Source of the DNA: Vicugna vicugna
Taxonomy: Eukaryota
Assembly (NCBI GenBank): GCA_013265495.1
Contig: MU057724.1
Coordinates: 1,565,102-1,629,101, forward strand
Reading direction: 5' to 3'
Length of the DNA: 64,000 bases
Shown here piece after piece: positions 26,561 to 40,199 of the stretch. The notes beneath the pieces were generated by a model. It did not search any database and had not been told where the DNA came from. It was given only the letters and a program-made list of their open reading frames with translations. Position 1 is the first letter of the stretch. Each line of letters starts with the position of its first letter. A program made the position numbers and the translations under genes.

Positions 26561-28429
26561 GAACTGGCGACAGAAGATCACGGTGACTTTCCACTGGCAG
26601 GTGTCCCCAGGTTCCCCTCAAACTGATGTGGTTGTTCTCAGCACTGGAAGGGGCAGAGCAGGACGGGATGAGGGAAGACGTGTCTGACCCCCAGCCCCCT
26701 GCAGGCCAAAAACGAAGGAAGACTCTGGCTCTGGGACAGCGGTGCCGCTGGCAGAGACACCGGGAAATGCGGCCCTGGCTTTGGAGCTGGGGATGGGTGG
26801 AGGCCGGGGAGAGGCTGAGGAGCGTGAGAGCAAAGCCCAGATTGCTCTGAGCAGGCTGTCGACAGGAACACGGCGGTGAAGACGGCAGGGAGGCCCCGGA
26901 GGTCCGGGCCTGGCAGACAAGGCCTCCACCGTCCTTGAGAGCACACGTCTCACGCCAGCAGAGGGCTGGCGAGGCGCGGGGCTAAAGGCGCTGACGAGGG
27001 CTCAGCAGGCCTGGAAGCCGGAGCTGATCCCGGCTGAGCAGAGGCGGGACGCTCGGCCGCCGGGCCTCCTGCCGGCTGTGCGGAGAGCGGGAATCGCAGC
27101 CGTGATCGCGACCGGCAGCTGCGACGCCATGTGCCCGGGCACAGCCTGACTCCTTCCTGCTGTGTGCAGTGAAACGCGAGAGGAGAGAGAAAAACTGCGG
27201 GGAGAATTCTTCAGCAAAAAGGAGACAGTAGTTGATGATTTGTGAAAATTTCGCTCCATCTCGACTGAAAAAGCTCCGGGGAGCAGGCTGGGTCTGGACA
27301 ACCTCTGCTGAGAGTTTCCCGTGACCCATCTCTCATGTGAGCACACCGTCCATGAAGGACCTCGCGGCCAAATCCTGCGGACGCTGGACTCTTCGCAATC
27401 ACGTCTTCACCTGCGTTCCAGCCTCCCCTCCCTACGGGTAAGATTTATCAAAACGCACAGCCACCGAACGTGCACAGTGTCTGACACCTTCCCACAGAGA
27501 GCAGATCCCTGCACCCCAGCCCCTCGAGTCCCCCAGCCAGACACCGAGCTCGGCCACGTGTCTTCCCGACACACCCATGAGCCCCGGACACGCGCTCTCC
27601 CGCGACAACGGGCCGTCAGCTCGGCCCGTTCAGCCGCAGGCGTGCTCCTAGTGGTCTCTGCACACACGCCACCGACCACCTGGCAGACCCCAGGTGGCTC
27701 CCAGGCAGACCTTTCCGGCCACGAATGAGCAAAAGAAGGTTTACCCGTACAGTCTTCTGTTCCAGTGAGAATTTCTGGATTTTCAAAGCATCTATATAAA
27801 TTCAAAAGGGTCATGCTAGTTATCCCATTCCTTGTAAATTTGGATTATTAAAGCATTTTAATTAGGGTTCTGAGAAAGAAAAGATACTTTAATAAAACCT
27901 TCAAAATGTCAACTTTATAATTAGGGGATATATTTATGTTTAAAATTATTTTGTTTAGCATTTACAGCCAGCAATGACTTACATGAAGAAATAAAATTAA
28001 CAGGTCCTTTAAAATAAACTAGACAGATCAAGAAAGGTCGAAGAAATTAAGTTAATGATGCTTTGTATCATTGGCTAAATTTAATTTTGCGTTTAAAAAT
28101 ACAGCATTTAAAATTAGCTGTTTCGTTAAAGACGTTCTGAGGAAAAGAATTACTGAAATAATCATTACAAAGTAGTGATAAATCTGGTAAGAAAGACAAT
28201 AAGCATCATTATGTCAGGATTAACACTTGCCAAGTGCCTCACATATGTTACCCCTAGTTCACAGGCAGCCAGGTAGGTCACCACGATTATCCTCATTTAA
28301 AAAACAATAAAAGGTGGGGAGAGAATAGCATTTTTTGGAAACTGAGAGGCCACACTGGAGACAGGAGCAAAGTTGGGAGTCACAGGCTTCTGGCATTTAT
28401 TAGTACTGTTAACTAAAAATCAAAAGCAT

Positions 28430-28515
28430 ATGTTCACGTATAACGGGAAAAGTGTGCTCTACGCTGGAATTTGACACATTGTAAAATGACTATAACTCAA
28501 TAAAAAACGTTAAAA
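28430..28515 (+). mobile_element. 86-bp L1 3' tail with perfect 15-bp TSD
   Basis: Same tail as the L1s ending at ~20310 and 33126; TSD AAAAATCAAAAGCAT at 28415-28429 and 28516-28530. Confidence 0.95.
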
Positions 28516-31500
28516 AAAAATCAAAAGCATTCTACATATCTGAGCTTAACAAACATCCCCTAGACTGTGATCGGCAGGGAATAGTCTCCTGCAGTCACAT
28601 CTCCGCGGACTTTCACTTGGGGCAAGTCATTTAAATTAACACTGAATTTGGTTTTATCATCTGTAAAATGACACGTTAGACCGAATGTTCTGGGAGCTCC
28701 ATATCAGTGACGCCATCTGTGAGCTGGCTTCATGAATTAACAATCATCACCACCACCCATTACTCGCCGTAAAACACCAGGATCGTGTCAAGCGGTAAGC
28801 TAGTCCTTTGCACGCAACGTCGCAGTCCTCACAGCACAAGTGTCCTCACTTCAGAGACGCGGACACAGAGCCCGGAGGCCACCGTGCGGGCAGGCCCACG
28901 GCTCCCGGAGGCCGAGCTGGGATTCCAGCCGAGCCCGTCTTCCTGCGCCGACAACCGCCCCACCACACACTCTGGCTTTTACCCACCTTCCACCTGACGT
29001 CAGAATATTCAACCCGTCAAGCTGCGTCACAGGGTTTAAACGGGCTGTTCAGCTCTTCCAAAATGGCACTGTCAGGGCACTCTGTGAACCACCACGCCAG
29101 GGACTCAGCAGGGACGTTTCTATTACTTACGGCTCCTCCAGGGAGACGGGTCCGTTGTCCTTTCAATGTCTGCTCGTCCGGTGTATGAATCTCATTCTTG
29201 CACGGGCACCTGGGAAACATATAAACATTTATTAAATTGTAAATTAGCATGGATGCCACATATCTAAGATCGGGACCTTTTACACTGCACTGCGGACCCA
29301 CAGAGCTCTGGGATGTTAGCAGGTTCCCTAAAAGTCTAGGGAAACTTTGATCTCGTATAAATAGTTCAATTGTCTGGTAGGAGAGCTCCAAGGGTCGCAT
29401 CGGATTCTCAAAGGGACCCTTGATCCAAAAACTTAAGAATCACTACCTTAGCTTCTAAAAGTTAGTGCGGTTGTGAAAAAATTCTGACTAATGAGGTCAT
29501 ACGTACCCAGGGGCAACTTCTCTAAGAAAAAGAAAAGATGATGACAACAGTTTGTTAAAATCCATCCTCTCATCCTGAATACACTGCACTGGGCGTTACA
29601 CCTGCAAAGCGTACGAACACCACAGGGCTCGTGTGAGGGAGGAAGGCAGGGACAGGCCCACAGGCGGAGCTCGCTCTCCCTCTGCAGGAGAGCAGACTGT
29701 GACTCGGTTTACGGACACAGCCACATGACCGGTCTGACCGACAGCTGATACAATCACGTAACAAATCAATAACCTGTAAGCACTTTCTGGGCCCTTTTCC
29801 CTTCAACTAGAGGACGGCAAAGCCACTTCCTCTCTCACCTGTCTGTCTCTGTGCCTGTCTCGGGTGCGAAACCTGGGTTTTTCTACGTTTCCCGGGCAGG
29901 GCTGGCGGGGCTGCTGGGGGGCAGAGCTGAGGTGATCAGAACTTAGGAACCTTCCCTTGAGTTCCTTGGGAACGTGTCTCTGCATGGGCGCCAGCCCAGT
30001 TCCTGGGAGCGCATCAGATCACCCGGCGGCTCATAAAAGCAACCCCCACGAGCCCACGCCAAACTCCGCTCAGCCCAGATCTCCCGCGGGAGCTCCGGGA
30101 AGCCATCTGCTAGACCAGAGCCCCAGGGGATCCTGACTCAGTCCGCCTGCAGGTGACTTAGAAACCCTCACAACCACACGAATCACAATTCTACGTGAAA
30201 ACGGAGACGGGGCTGCTTCCCCAGCCTTGTCTGCGGAGCCCTGGGCGTCCTGGTCCACTGTCTCTGCCCGCAGGTTGGAGCCCCAACAGGCTCCTCAGAG
30301 CAGCTGTGACTGCTGGGGACTGCTGCCTAACTAGAGGTTCTTCCGCAGCATCACTTGGCATCATGGAAGACCTCGCTTTGACCCAAAGTCTCAAAAACAT
30401 AGCTGCATGTTAGGACGGCAGGAAAAAGAGTTCCAGAAATGCGTTCCTCCCACAGGCTCAGCGCCCCTTACAACGCGGACGGGGAGCCACGCCAGAAAAA
30501 GAACCACGGACCTGAGTGCGGAATGACGGTCCTCTGTAAATACGACCAAATACGATGTTCAGCTTATCTCAAACCTGCACACAGATGCAACCTCTTCTGC
30601 CCAATGGATATTGTTTTACTTGTTCAGTTCTTGCAAGTGGTGAGATCATTACCGCTTCGTAGAAGCGAAGATGTTTCTCAACACACACATTTGACTCTGG
30701 AGTTTATCATTAGATTAAGTCTAACCGGTTTAACAGCGGTGCGCACAGGAGCGCGGTCCTTCACGGCCAGCCTACGCAGCCAAAGGAAAGGAACATTTTG
30801 CTTTCTTCAATGTATCTCAGGTCTCAAAACCAGCTAACCTTAGATGAACCACAGTTCCCGAAAATACCTGCAAACAATTGTACTTTATTTTGTGAATCCG
30901 AAAGCAAAATTTGTCCTAAGACATTTCAATTTATTTTTGCCCAAGGGAATCAGTGATATATTTTGGACCAAAATATGTTAGAATTTCAGAAGAGTTCAGA
31001 AATGCTTTTGTTTTAGAGAAAAGAAAAAAATCTGTGCTCCCTTTGTGTCTGGTGGGGCAAAACCGCAGCTCTGTGGTGTATTTAGTCTAATAAAAATGAG
31101 CTTCCTGAACATAAACGCGCTATAACTGCATCGTGGGAAAATCTGAAATCCTTGGGAAAGGCCACAACATAAATAATTAATTGTCACACATGGCACTGAA
31201 AAAGCTGAGACACTCAATGGCGTTATCACCCTCTCAATAAATAATGAACTCAGCATAACTAAGACTGAATCAGTCACATACCAAGCATTTACTGAGCACC
31301 TATGTTCTCTTGTTTGCTCAGTAAATGTTTAATGAGCAGCTACTGTGTTCCAGATGCTGGGATCCGTGGTAAATGAGAGGCGATGCCTTCACAGAATCCA
31401 GGGGGAAAACAGAGAGAAAAACATTAAGTTCTGTGGAGACTGTAATAAATGAAACAGGCTCTGTGATAGGAAAAAAGAAAGAGAGGAGGGTCCCTAAGGG

Positions 31501-31820
31501 AGAGGACATTAAGATGAGACAAGAAGAGGAAAGAATCACCGAGGAAAGACCAAAAAGCCGCCTGCATGAAGGCCCGCGGGGACGGACAGTGAGCACTTAC
31601 TGTGTCTGAAGAAATTAAAAAACAGTGCATCAAACAGAAAAAGAGAGACAGAAGATGAATTTACACGTGTGCGTGGCTCCGAAACCACACTGGTGCTTAC
31701 AGACCGAAACAGGGGGCTAATTTTCATTAAAACGAAATGTCAAACAGGGAAGTAATGACTGTTTAAACCAGGGTGGACGCAGCAGAGACAAAGCAAGTGA
31801 ACAAATCAGAAATGTTCCGG

Positions 31821-33126
31821 TGGTGTCAGGACAGCTGGACAGTCACAGGTCAGTCAGTGACGGTAGAACACGCTCTCCCAGCACACACAGAATTAACTCA
31901 AAATGGCTCCGAGACGTAAACGTAAGACAAAACACTATAAACTTCCTAGAAGAAAACACAGGCCAAACATTTTCTGACATACATCACAGCAATGTTCTCC
32001 TAGGGCAGTCTACCCAGGAAATCGAAATAAAAGCAAAAATAAACAAATGGGACCTAATTAAACTTCTAAGCTTTGGCACAGCAAAGGAAGCCATAAACAA
32101 AACGAAAAGACAACCTACAGACTGGGAGGAAGTATTTGTAAAAGATGTGACTAACAAAGGCTTAATTTCTAGAACATACAAACAGTTCACACAACTCAAT
32201 AATAAAAAAACAAACGGCCCAATCCAAAAACAGCAGGAGACCTAAACATTCCCCCAGTGAAGACATACAAATGGCCAACAGGCACATGAAAAAATGCTCA
32301 ATGTCGCTGATTATCAGAGAAATGCAAATCCAAACTACAGTGAGGGATCACCTCACACCAGTCAGAATGGCCATTATTAAAAAAAGCCCACAAACGATAA
32401 ATGAGGAGAGGGTGTGGAGAAAAGGGAGCCCTCCTACACTGTGTGTGGGGGTTCAGTGTGGTGCAGCCACTGCGGAAAACAGTATGGAAATTCCTCAAAA
32501 AACTAAAGATAGACTTAGCCTATGACCCAGGAATCCTACTCCTGGGCATGTATCTGGAGGGAACTCTAATTCAAAAAGACACGTGCACCCCAATGTTCAC
32601 AGCAGCACTATTTACAGTAGCCAAGACATGGAAACAGCCTAAATGTCCATCAACAGAGGACTGGATAAAGAAGAGGGGGTATATTTATACGATGGAATCC
32701 TATTTAGCCATAAAAACCGACAACACAACGCCATTTGCAGCAACATGGATGCTGCTGGAGAATGTCATTCTAAGTGAAGTAAGCCAGAAAGAAAGAAAAA
32801 TACCATATGAGATCGCTCATATGTGGAATCTAAAACAAAACATAAATTCAAAACAGAAACAGACTCATAGACATAGAATACAAACTTGTGGTTGCCAAGG
32901 GGGCGGGGGGTGGGAAGAGACAGACGGGATTTCAAAGTGTAGAGTACATAAACAAGATTATACTGTACAGCACAGGGAAATATACATAAGATCTTGGGGT
33001 AGCTCACAGAGAAAAAAATGTGACAATGTATATATATGTTCATGCATAACTGAAAAATTGTGCTCTACACTGGAATTTGACACATTGTAAAATGATTATA
33101 AATCAATAAAAAATGTTAAAAAAAAA
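31821..33126 (+). mobile_element. 5'-truncated young L1 (ORF2 C-terminus and 3'UTR)
   Basis: Translations INSKWLRDVNVRQNTINFLEEN... and [24 protein letters not shown]; tail near-identical to the L1 at 18278-20311. Confidence 0.95.
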
Positions 33127-35782
33127 GAATGCTCATCACGGTATTTTTGATAAAATTTAAATACTTGAATACTGTATAACACAGAGAACTCTACTCATAT
33201 CTTATAGTAACCTATAATAAAAAATATGAAAATGAAAAGAAATTTTTTAAAACATCCAGAGAGAAAAATTACAGGTGGCAGAAATAAACTGTATTTGAAC
33301 AGAAAAACAAGTTACCAAAAAAAAATCACCTTTCAGCAACTTGGAAAGCTTTGGGGAAAGTACTCTGGCAAATGAAAAGTACAGATTTTTTTCAGATAAA
33401 TACACTTAAGATTTCTTCCAAATGCGTATGCTGATGGCATGTCTCGATGCACAGGGAAGGTCGGCTACCTGGACTGGCACACGCATTTCTGAACATCCCG
33501 TTACATCGGCCAAAGGCACGGTTTCCGAGCACGACTGCCGGGGCCCAAGGTGAGGGGCTCCTTTTTAGTGCGGGATAAAATGTTTTGTTTTGTGCTCCTT
33601 TTTTTAATGACTGATGAGGAAAACAGACGTGCTCTCGCTAAGGGAGCGGGTGACTGTTTTAGCCATCACGCCCAATTACAGCCAGCGAGGGGCCCCGGGC
33701 TCCCCGGCCCCCAACCTCTCTCCACGGGCCCCACCCTGAAGGCTCAGCCACGGCTCCACAAACAGCGTCTGAGGACGCTGACACCCGCCCTGGGGGGCAC
33801 CCAGGCCACGCCTCACCGCCCACCACTGCCCAGAGCACCCGTCCACGGTCCACACCAGAGCCGCTGCCATTCAGAGATAAAGCCCGTTTTTACGGGTAAT
33901 TCTCAGCTTCAGCCAATGATCCCGGGAGCCTCACAGCCCCCATGTGCTCACGGACTCTTCAGCCGGCGGAAAGCCTGTGGCCAGTGAGCACCTAGTTAGC
34001 TCCGGACACAACGCTGTCCCGAGAGAACCTGTCACTCAGTGACTCTCTCTGTATCTTCCCTTCATTTAATGTTCAAAACCCATCACCACGCTTCCTTTAG
34101 GTCCCCAAACTACTACCACACCAACATTTTTACTTCAAAAAACGACTATCCTGTCCCCGTGTTTTATTAAACGCGTGTACCAACGCATACGGGAAAAAAG
34201 CACATCTGTACACACACGGCTGTTTTTACGTACGCATATACTTAAACACGTGTGTACACACGTGTGCATGTGTGCATTGTGCACACGACCTGAACTGTGG
34301 GCGCACACGTGATGTGTGTGCGTGTGGCACAACGACAGCTTCCACGGTCCTCCCCAGGAGGGTGTCTGGGGCGGAGCCCACCCCTCCAGCACAAAGGACG
34401 CCTCAGTGCCGCTGCCCCGTCAGTGCCGCGCTGAGAACGGGAAGATGCACCATGTCGGACTCCCCGTTTCCTCAGTGTAGAAATGTCCTGTTTCTGAATA
34501 TTCTTACACAGTTATCTAAATTTGGGTTAAAACAAAATGTGAGATTTCTAAAAATTGCAGTTTTTATTTCGTTAGCATCGTAGTTCAACAGGACTGTGAA
34601 TAAAGTATGAAATACAATATTTAACTCACAGGTTTCCTTGGAGATGTTTTTACTGCTGCCAAGAAACAAGTCCATTGAAACTGGTTCAGAGTTGAATGTG
34701 CTTTCCAATCACAAGTATACATTTCTTGCCAAGGTTTTACTCAAAGCAGTGTTTTCCATCAAAATACCTGTGTTATCATTTTAACGGACGGAATGCTCTC
34801 CTAACAGTGTTCTGGTTAAGTGAATACAGACACTGTCACTTGCAGTGTTTTTGTTCTATTTTTCATAGAGGAGAGGCAGTCAGAATTTACGAACGATTCT
34901 ACTGAAATTCGGGGCATCAAACAATCCCTAACATCCTTTCACCAAAACTCAGCACGAGCTCGAGCAAACTCGCTGTCCTCTGCGTCCTGCCGCCACCAGG
35001 AAGCCCGGGAGGGAGGGGGAAGCACGCAGAAGTCCCAGGGAAAGTGCTGTTTCACTGAGGAAATAAAATGCTTCCTGAAGACAGGTGACCTGCCTTTCTC
35101 AACGACCAACATCTTGGCGAAAAAGAGGGCCCAGCCGCAGACCCGTTTCGCTAGCGTCTTCTGTCGCTGAGGCACAGTGGCGTGCACACGGCGCGCACAC
35201 GGACGCCCACTCTTTTGATACTCGCAGCACAAGTGCGTCCTGTCTGGTGGGGACTATTGCTGAAAAGCGGGAAGGCGCTCTGAGGAAGGGCAAAGCTTGC
35301 TGCACAGTCACGACCCATCAAAGTGGGAAAAAGTGGAATCGGGCTTTCGCGGCATCACACAGAATTTCCACTCAGTCACGCCAGAGTTTGCTCTGAAAGT
35401 GAACCATTGTACCTGCAGTTAAATACAAATAAGACAGTTCTCTCTTTTCTTCAAGTGACAATAACGTTGGTCTGTTGCTGCTGATCATCACCACGGCTGC
35501 TTCTCACCGGGACGCGCTCCGCGCTGGCAGAAGGAAACAAACCCCAAGCCGCATGAGCCAGGGTTCCTGAGCTTCCTGCTTGGCCACCGTGGCCAAAGTC
35601 AGTGACAGCCGTCCTTGGAACACCTGTCCTCGTCAGTACCATTAAGAACATACATTGTTACAAGCACCGCGTAATCATCTGTGGTTCAGACCAAACAGAA
35701 AAGGGGGGCAGGGGAGCGGCGGGCGGGAAGCAGGGGAAAGGGAAACAAAGGGGAAAACCGGGCTGATTTAAGGAACACAGAC

Positions 35783-35800
35783 TCGCCACCAGGGGGACAC
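35783..35800 (+). promoter_or_regulatory. CTCF-like motif
   Basis: TCGCCACCAGGGGGACAC resembles the CCACCAGGGGGCGC core; motif match only. Confidence 0.4.
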
Positions 35801-37300
35801 ATCCGCCCTTCTTCGCGCATCTTTCTGGACGGAAAAGGCAGGTTTGTACGTGAAACCTCTCTCTGAGTGACACATTCTTTCACAAATCCCAAAGATCACC
35901 ATCCTCTCTCTCTTTTGAAATTCTGAGACTTCAAAATTCAAATGTTCTGAGGAGAAAGAGAGACACAGCTCTTTTGCAAATTTCATTAATGGCTATTTGG
36001 GGTTTTTTTTCTGTAAATTAACTAAATACTGTCTTTCTCTGTATTTCCACTTGGTCATCTGCGTTCTCTCTACTGCTTTAGGAACGTTCTGCGTGTAAAA
36101 AATTAAACTTCCGCTTATAACGTGTGTGAGGATAGCTTTTCAAAGCTGATAGTTTGTGCTCTTATGACTTGTATCACACAGACGTTTTAAGTTTTTATGT
36201 AATGAAATCACTGGCAATTTTTTCATAGCTGTGGCTTTGCATCATGCTTCGGCTTCTTTGAGTCTCTAAAATTATGTAAAATCCTTACTTTCTCTTAAGC
36301 TATACTGGCTTCGTTTTTATGCTTAAATCTTTGATTCATCTTGAATTGATTTTATTTTTTAATTGTTAGCATGTTGTCACTACTACTGACGGACGCATCC
36401 CTATGCACACTCACTCACATGTGCATGGCCGCACACGGGCATGTGTGTGTGTGTATAGTCACATGTGCTCCCCTGACACGACCTGGGTCTGCTTCTGCGC
36501 AGGTGACAAGGGAACTGTTTTAAATATTGCTGTTTCCTAACACTGTTTTCTCTGTAGGGAAGTTCTATTCCTCTTCTTTTTTACTGTCTTAGCAATTTCA
36601 TTATTAGTACTTCATACACACTTAAGAGAAACAATTTTTAGCTCCATCACGTTTAATTATATTTACATTACTGATGAAAATAAAATAAAAATGTATGAAC
36701 AGGGTGAATTTTAAACAGTGAGCCCCAGGCCCCCTCACCCAGCCCGCATCAAAACCTCCCCTTTGAAGGGCATCCAGCAGGTCTTCAGACACTACTTTGA
36801 ATACCGTGTGGTGACCATCATTCCAGAGCAGACTCCATGCATTATTCAATTATAATTAACTTCTGCCTTGTCTTAGGAGGCAAGTTGGAAATTCCAATGT
36901 TTGGCTTTCAGGCTGGAAGCAGAGACTCGTCTCCACCCCACGCCCAGGATGCCAAGTGAGCAGCTCCGCTTTGGCTCCCCCAGCTCGTTGCCACAATTGG
37001 CGTCCCCTCTGTGGTTATACTTCACACCCCACTCGGCATCGCTGGAATTAAACAGACTACCTGCATGACTGACTTCCTCTGGTAACGACCCTCTCCCCAT
37101 CACACGCCTCCAGCTCCAGCAAGACAGATCTCACCTCTGCTTGAATGTCTGGCTGTTTCTCCATCAAGGGAGGCTGAGGTGCGCTACTGTATCTTGATGA
37201 AAAGGTCAGGGCAAGATTTTTCAGGTGTAAGAATAAAGAAAACACATTCCTTAGTTGCTCAGAAGCAAATCTAACGGCTCTTCAACGGGAAATATCTAAG

Positions 37301-37450
37301 ATGGTGGTTCTCAGCCCTGCCTGCGCCCTGGACTCCCCTGAGGAAACTTCTGGAATCCCGATGCCTGAGTCCCCTCTCAGGTGCCCCGTCTGGGTGACGT
37401 GGGACAGACCTGGTGGCTCCTGTGCACGGGTAGGGCGGGGACCCACTGGA
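37301..37450. mobile_element. MER5-like hAT DNA transposon relic
   Basis: Degenerate terminal inverted repeats gtggttctc...gacccactg and MER5-like interior. Confidence 0.5.
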
Positions 37451-39689
37451 CCAACTTTTGGACTTTGGATGAAGACTGAGACTAGGCCACTAATCAGTTT
37501 ATTTTTTGTGATTATGTTGGAAGAAATGACATTGCATTAACCAGGAACACCCCCCTCAAATGCTGTCATAATGCTAGTAAACTACGTGCTTCCCATCCAG
37601 GCTCACTTTAAGAAGCCCACCCATTTACTGCCCCACGTTCCCCCAACTTTACAGGTGGAGGCAGTCGACCTGACACAGCAGGAGCAGCCCGTTCCTTCAT
37701 CCATCAGTCCCCGCAGCAGGCTGGGCGAAGGGCACCGACCTTCCATGACTTCAGCGTGCTGAACCCCGGGAACAAAGCAGACCCCTGGAACACAGTAACC
37801 ACCCCCAGCCCCCAGCTGAAGCTGAAACGCAACCCTCCGGCATCAGATCTGGGAATTAGGGCGGGAAGTGAGTGACAACAGTGGTGGACGTTGGAGAGAG
37901 ACACTTTCGGAAACCGGGCGGGAAGACCTACTTTAAATCCAAATACACAGCCAAGCGAATACTCTCCAGCTTTCACTAGAACCTTCAGATCAGAATCGAC
38001 TCGCCCACCCTCATTCTGCAAACCTGTGTGAAAGGCTCTGACATGGTGGCGGGGCTGTGGCTGGGCAGGGATTTCGACCCGCGGTTCACTAACCGTGAGA
38101 CCTGCCACGGGATACGTACGTTCGCCCGCCCGACTCCCCCGGCCATCGGTCGGCGCGGTGACAGAATCCCCCCCCCCCAAGCTGGTCACGAAGACAAAAT
38201 ACATCACCTCCCCTGAGAATCAACTGTCATCACGTTCCCAGAACTGCACTTGGACTGTCGGAGTTTCAAAACGGTCCAGGCCTTACCCACGGTCCTGCCC
38301 GCCAGGGAGCCCAGGGCCGCACTGAAATGCAACCGCAAAACCACACTTCCTGTCGGCTTCCTGTTTCAGCAGTCTGCTTGGTCACAAGGAGGGACGGCGG
38401 AGTCGGGGCCCCCAGGAACCGTCCACACTCTTCATCGTCTCGTTCTTGCCACCGCGTTTCCTCCCTATCAGAAGCACCTCTGCAGAAACAGCCCTCTCTT
38501 CTCCCACAGCTGCGCGGCTCTCGGAAACCTAGACCCGTAGCCGAGGTCTGGTACCCACAGAGCCCTGGGCCCTGCGTGCAAAACCACAGCCTGGGCCCTT
38601 CCACTTCCAGGGAATTGCTGTTCATTTTCTGTCCTAAGTAACTTACATTGAATACATTAATCAGACTGACTTTACACAGATATAATTTAATAGTGCAGCA
38701 CCCAGAGGGGACACGGGCGAGTGGAGGGGACACAGGCGCCCTCGGCCCGGGACAGCAGCCTGTCAGCTGGGCCCTCGGACAAGACCGGCCGCGGGGCTCT
38801 CGCTCTGTGGCCCCATTCACCACCAGTTCTGGGAGCTGAGAACCACCTGCTCAGCCCTGACGGCTCCCCAAGGTGTAGACCAACACGCCAGAGGCCAGTT
38901 TGTCCTTTCATCATCAAAGCAGAAAAAGTGTGACGAGAAACAGTGCCTGCCTTACAGAGATGTCATTTGTGAAGAGAAGAGCTAATTTGGAAAATCTGAC
39001 CTTCCCATCGTGACCATTTATCCTGGTTGGGCTGGAAGTGAACTCCCAGCGTGTACGGGATGTCAGATCCCAGCAAGACAGCCACTAGCTGCATTAACAT
39101 AAAACTGGAATATAAAAAAACCTACCCTTTCTCTGTGTCACTCTAACCCTCTACACAACTGTGTTTGCAGAATCCAGACAATAAACATGTAAATTGTCTC
39201 ATCAGCACTTTCAACGCAGGAAACTGCAAAAATAGCAAGATCCAGAAATCACCCCGAAAGCCCTTTCACAGCTGTTCAAAACAGAGAGCATGCCGATTTC
39301 AACCCCTTGTTAAGAACAGAATGTTGTAAGGAGTAAAACTAAGTCATCCCGAGTGACGGTTGTGTAAATTGGTCACGTTTTATAGAACGTTTTCCTCTTG
39401 GCCTCGAATTTTTAATTTAACAAATAGGCACCTTCCCTGGGCCTCGCAGAAAGCCTGCTCGTCACTGGCCACACCACACGCTCGTGAACCCACCTGTCAT
39501 TCCGCTGGCGTCGGAACGCCGCGGGGCTGACACCCGACACGTCCGCCGCGGGCGCCGAGGAGAGCTCAGCGGTGCATCGCTGCCAGATCGCCGCCGCCTG
39601 AACCAGCGTTAGTGAACAGGTACGTCGGTCATTCTGGAAAGCTGTCTGCTCTTTTTTCTAATACCTCAAGGGAATGAAAAAAAAAGCAG

Positions 39690-39945
39690 ACGTCAGACAG
39701 GAGAGGAGACTCTGAAGCTGGAGGAAGGGCCAGGGGCCCAGGGACACAGCAGCTTCCAGAAGCCAGAAAAGACAAGGACACAGCCGCTCCCTGCGCCTCT
39801 GGAAGGTGTCCGCTCGGCCAGCTCCCTGACTTCAGTGAAACTGATTTCAGACTTCTGACGCCCGGAACTGGAACAGCATGGGTCTGTGCTGTTCTAAGCC
39901 ACCGCGTTTGTGGGAGTTTGTGACTGTCCCAATGGGAAACAAGCA
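39690..39945 (+). mobile_element. MLT1 (ERVL-MaLR) LTR fragment
   Basis: gtgaaactgatttcagacttctgacgcccggaactg...ttctaagccaccgcgtttgtgg...gggaaac is the MLT1 3' half. Confidence 0.8.
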
Positions 39946-40199
39946 GGATGAATGTTAACAGTAATGCTTCATACAGAGCTCACCTGCCAGGCACCATCTT
40001 AACTGCTTTACCTGTACTTCATACGATATCTCAAAGCAACCCTCTCGCTCCCTGGGTGAGCCTGAAGACATTATGCAAAGTGAACTACTCCAGCCCCCAG
40101 GGGCGAGTACTGTGTGATTCTGCGCAGAGGGGTCCCTGGAGCGTCGGCGGCACAGAGACAGAACGCAGGACGGCGGACGGGACTGCTGGTCCACAGGCG

